A stretch of 64,000 nt of DNA from a virus. Position numbers and translations under genes: made by a program. Every line of letters starts with the position of its first letter. The stretch's first letter is position 1. Under the pieces are notes generated by a model. It saw only the letters and a list, made by a program, of their open reading frames with translations, did not search any database and was not told the origin of the DNA. The stretch covers positions 32,001-96,000 of the IMG/VR virus record IMGVR_UViG_3300042887_005324; one strand, given 5' to 3'. Shown here one piece after another: positions 61,382-64,000 of this stretch.

Positions 61382-61454
61382 TGCGCCCTACTGGGATCGA
61401 ACCAGTGACCCGCTGATTATGAGTCAGCCGCTCTAACCTCTGAGCTAAAAGCGC
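61382..61454 (-). tRNA. tRNA with CAT anticodon (probably Ile2/lysidine type; elongator Met not excluded), no encoded CCA
   Basis: GCGCTTT TAGCTCAGAGGTTAGAGC GGCTGA CTCATAA TCAGC GGGTC ACTGG TTCGATC CCAGT AGGGCGC A; C4-G69 fits a TilS substrate. Confidence 0.9.
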
Positions 61455-61480
61455 TAATTTTTAACAGTTGAGTTTATATT

Positions 61481-61490
61481 TACAAATATA
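61481..61490 (-). promoter_or_regulatory. Bacteroidota-type -7 promoter driving the tRNA pair
   Basis: TATATTTGTA 26 nt upstream of the tRNA 5' end. Confidence 0.55.
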
Positions 61491-61564
61491 AAAAGAGTTT
61501 GTTAATTAACAAGTTTTTTTTCATATTTTGTTCAAAACAAAGAATTATCTAACCAATATATAAA

Positions 61565-62648
61565 TTAGCTGTTCGTCAATCTTATGTCGAGTGTTCAAAG
61601 TGACACTTTTAAGAGTTTGAAAAGACTCAAAGATATAGGACTAAAATAAAAGGAATAACTATGAAAGTTAAACAAAAAAAAGGCACTAATTTGCCTAGTG
61701 CCTTTATTGTAAATCCAAAAGATAAAGGCAGAAAATCAATCAAAGGAGATAAAATCTATCTCGATAATAATCAAGAATTTGAAATCGAAATCTTTAATCC
61801 TCTAAAAGAATCTGTCTTAGCAGATATTCGTTTGAACGGTAATTCAATTTCAAAGACTGGTCTTGTAATAAAACCAGGTCAACGAGTTTACTTAGATTGT
61901 TTTGTTGATGATAGAAAGAAATTCATATTTCAGACTTATCAAGTTGACGATAATCAAGAATCTATTGATGCTACTGCTGACAATGGCTTATTAGAAGTAT
62001 TTTTCTATAAAGAACAAGCAGTTACTCTCAAAGATTGGAATGATAGATTTCATAAGATCGTGGTTCATGAATACTATCCTGTCTATACAAGATGGTATTC
62101 AAATCCATATTATATCCCGTATTATGGAACAACGCTCACCACTACAAATGTAGTAAATAGTATATACACAACAAATGGTAGTAACACACTTACCGTTGGT
62201 AATTCAAATGTTTCATATTCATCAAACTTTAATGGAAGTTTGACCTCTGGGAGTTTATCATCAAACACTGCTTATTACAATTCACCTGTAGCTGGTTCTT
62301 TTGAAACCGGTAGAGTTGAAAAAGGTGAAAAATCTAATCAGAAATTTGTAGATGTCGATATGGAATTTGAAAAGAACTACATACACCATCTTGTATATCA
62401 AATTCTTCCGAGTTCAAGAAAACCAAAGGATATTAACGATATCTCAAAGTCTAAGAAGATTATGGAGAAACTAAAATCAAATAAGCCACAATTAAATGAT
62501 ATCTTAAAAAGAGAGTCAGAAGATGTAATCGAACTAATTAAAAAACTAGCTGACTTACACTCAGCAGGTATATTAACAGATGAAGAGTTTTCAGATAAAA
62601 AGTCTGAATTACTTAGTAAAATCTAAAGACAATAAAACGAACAGCTAA
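61565..62648 (+). repeat. Long-range 12-bp perfect inverted repeat enclosing the 61661..62626 gene
   Basis: TTAGCTGTTCGT (61565-76) / ACGAACAGCTAA (62637-48), extendable by TTATGTC / GACAATAA. Confidence 0.7.
61661..62626 (+). CDS. Hypothetical protein with C-terminal SHOCT-like domain
   Basis: Beta-sandwich-like N-domain (EFEIEIFNP...NGLLEVFFYKE); IKKLADLHSAGILTDEEFSDKKSELLSKI. Confidence 0.75.
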   Translation: MKVKQKKGTNLPSAFIVNPKDKGRKSIKGDKIYLDNNQEFEIEIFNPLKESVLADIRLNGNSISKTGLVIKPGQRVYLDCFVDDRKKFIFQTYQVDDNQESIDATADNGLLEVFFYKEQAVTLKDWNDRFHKIVVHEYYPVYTRWYSNPYYIPYYGTTLTTTNVVNSIYTTNGSNTLTVGNSNVSYSSNFNGSLTSGSLSSNTAYYNSPVAGSFETGRVEKGEKSNQKFVDVDMEFEKNYIHHLVYQILPSSRKPKDINDISKSKKIMEKLKSNKPQLNDILKRESEDVIELIKKLADLHSAGILTDEEFSDKKSELLSKI

Positions 62649-62649
62649 G

Positions 62650-62678
62650 AAAAGAGACTAAAATAGTCTCTTTTTTTT
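62650..62678 (+). terminator. Intrinsic terminator
   Basis: AAAAGAGACTA-aaa-TAGTCTCTTTTTTTT. Confidence 0.8.
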
Positions 62679-62689
62679 ATATATACTAT

Positions 62690-63253
62690 ATGATTAAAAA
62701 TTGGTCAAAATTTAATGAATCCACATCTGAAGATTTCACGGAAGAAATGGCTCAAGAAATTCTTTATTTTTTTGGTGAGGACTCACAAGTATCTAAAGAT
62801 GGAGAGTTAAATTTCAATGAGATTTATAAAAAGTACAATTTAGAACATATAGTCTTTTATGAGACTAGTTATGATGAAATGAAGGAATTCACACAATATC
62901 TACTTAATAAATCCAAAGAAGATACAAATCTTAAACAGGAGCTAATTGAATTATATAATAAAATTCGGCAAAAAATGAATATGTTTCCTGAAGTTTATCA
63001 AATTGAAGATATGTATTTGAGTATAATTGAAGAATTAAATTATGATTTCTATTTAAATGTCAATTCAATAAGAAAAGAGATTGAAATTAGACTAACAAGA
63101 TGGAATGAATCAGAATTGAGTGAGTTTATAGAAACTTGTAAAATAGTTGAAGGTACACTCAAAAGATTGGAAAGTGATAAATATAAGACTAAACTAAAAT
63201 CTTGTGAATTACATAGTAGTTATACTCAATTTAAAATTGAATTAAAAGCATGA
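62690..63253 (+). CDS. Hypothetical protein, CTS-like N-terminus
   Basis: MIKNWSKFNES. Confidence 0.7.
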   Translation: MIKNWSKFNESTSEDFTEEMAQEILYFFGEDSQVSKDGELNFNEIYKKYNLEHIVFYETSYDEMKEFTQYLLNKSKEDTNLKQELIELYNKIRQKMNMFPEVYQIEDMYLSIIEELNYDFYLNVNSIRKEIEIRLTRWNESELSEFIETCKIVEGTLKRLESDKYKTKLKSCELHSSYTQFKIELKA

Positions 63254-64000
63254 TTAAAAATTGGAAACAATTTAATGAGGAAAGACAATTAGATTTATTT
63301 GCTGGAACTTCATATGAAAAACCAGAGTTAATTCACAATAATCTTTATCCAATTGACGAAGATGATATTCGTGATTATTTAGCTGAAATTGAAGATGAGA
63401 AGTATATAATACAAGTCAATTTTGGATTCCTATCAAAATCAACTGGTGAATATACAGAATTAATTGATACTTATGATGTTAGACCTTGTATATCTGTTAA
63501 CATTATGAAAATGACTATAGATTATAAAGTAATAACTGGTAATGAGGATGTTACATCTTGTTTAACATCTTTTATTAAGAGAATTTCACATAAATTCAAA
63601 GAAATAAAAGTTCGAGATGATGAAGGATATCTGAATATTGAAGATATTAAATTAGAAGGTGGAATATTCCTAAAATCAGAGAGTGGAAATATTGAAGATG
63701 AGATAGAACTAATATCTCCACTGTGTATTCAATTAGTTTGGTTCGAAGATGTTCATTTAACAGATAAAATGATTTTTGATTACTATGGTATTCCAACAGA
63801 CGATTCGATGGAGTTTACCAAGAATGGATCATTACAAATTTCAGTACCTCGTGATAAAATAACAGGATGGCTCTTAAAAGCTTCTAAATATAGAGATATT
63901 TTAGACGATAATGATTATGATCCCTACGAATTTTATGACGAAAGTGATTGGTTTCCAGAACATGATTCTTTTTTCAAGTATGATTTAGAAGAAGAAACTA
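63250..64000 (+). CDS. Hypothetical protein (partial), CTS-like N-terminus
   Basis: ATGA overlap with the previous gene; MIKNWKQFNEERQLDLF...; apparently open to the window end. Confidence 0.7.
   Translation, partial: MIKNWKQFNEERQLDLFAGTSYEKPELIHNNLYPIDEDDIRDYLAEIEDEKYIIQVNFGFLSKSTGEYTELIDTYDVRPCISVNIMKMTIDYKVITGNEDVTSCLTSFIKRISHKFKEIKVRDDEGYLNIEDIKLEGGIFLKSESGNIEDEIELISPLCIQLVWFEDVHLTDKMIFDYYGIPTDDSMEFTKNGSLQISVPRDKITGWLLKASKYRDILDDNDYDPYEFYDESDWFPEHDSFFKYDLEEET

Noticed and set aside
1-64000. Genome-wide TAG reassignment (code 15)
   Set aside because: Long genes are intact in code 11, and TAG cleanly ends genes at 30122, 32499, 40996 and 50565, where readthrough would add only short tails. 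Only one in-frame TAG was found.
1-64000. Eukaryotic giant virus origin (ankyrins, eukaryote-like RNR C-terminus)
   Set aside because: The gp41-like helicase, gp26-like hub, lysozyme, PhoH, ClpP, intrinsic terminators and bacterial promoters all indicate a bacteriophage.

Overview
AT-rich, gene-dense 64 kb segment of a very large tailed (jumbo/huge, T4-like-module) bacteriophage. It probably infects a Bacteroidota host, judging from TAnnTTTG promoters and A-rich leaders that mostly lack a Shine-Dalgarno site. The window holds: (i) two 'fractured' replication genes, a gp41/DnaB helicase and a class Ia NrdA, each split by a trans-splicing intein with a free-standing homing endonuclease in the gap; (ii) a Ro60/TROVE gene preceded by two Y-RNA-like bulged-helix RNAs; (iii) a virion block (gp26-like hub, fibres, LamG adhesins, baseplate-like proteins) with an embedded CysC/nucleotidyltransferase/sulfotransferase/glycosyltransferase cassette beside a Cys-rich repeat fibre; (iv) ClpP, PhoH, a DNA MTase, an M28 peptidase, a lysozyme, a Dps-like protein and a HigA-MazG fusion; (v) about 20 late-promoter genes sharing a T4 capsid-targeting-like N-terminus; and (vi) a tRNA(CAU) followed by an atypical tRNA-like RNA with a CUA anticodon, directly upstream of a gene that starts ATG-ATG-TAG and stays open for about 250 more codons. 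Item (vi) is a candidate amber-suppression-gated gene and is the most striking observation. All calls come from reading motifs by eye; no searches were run.
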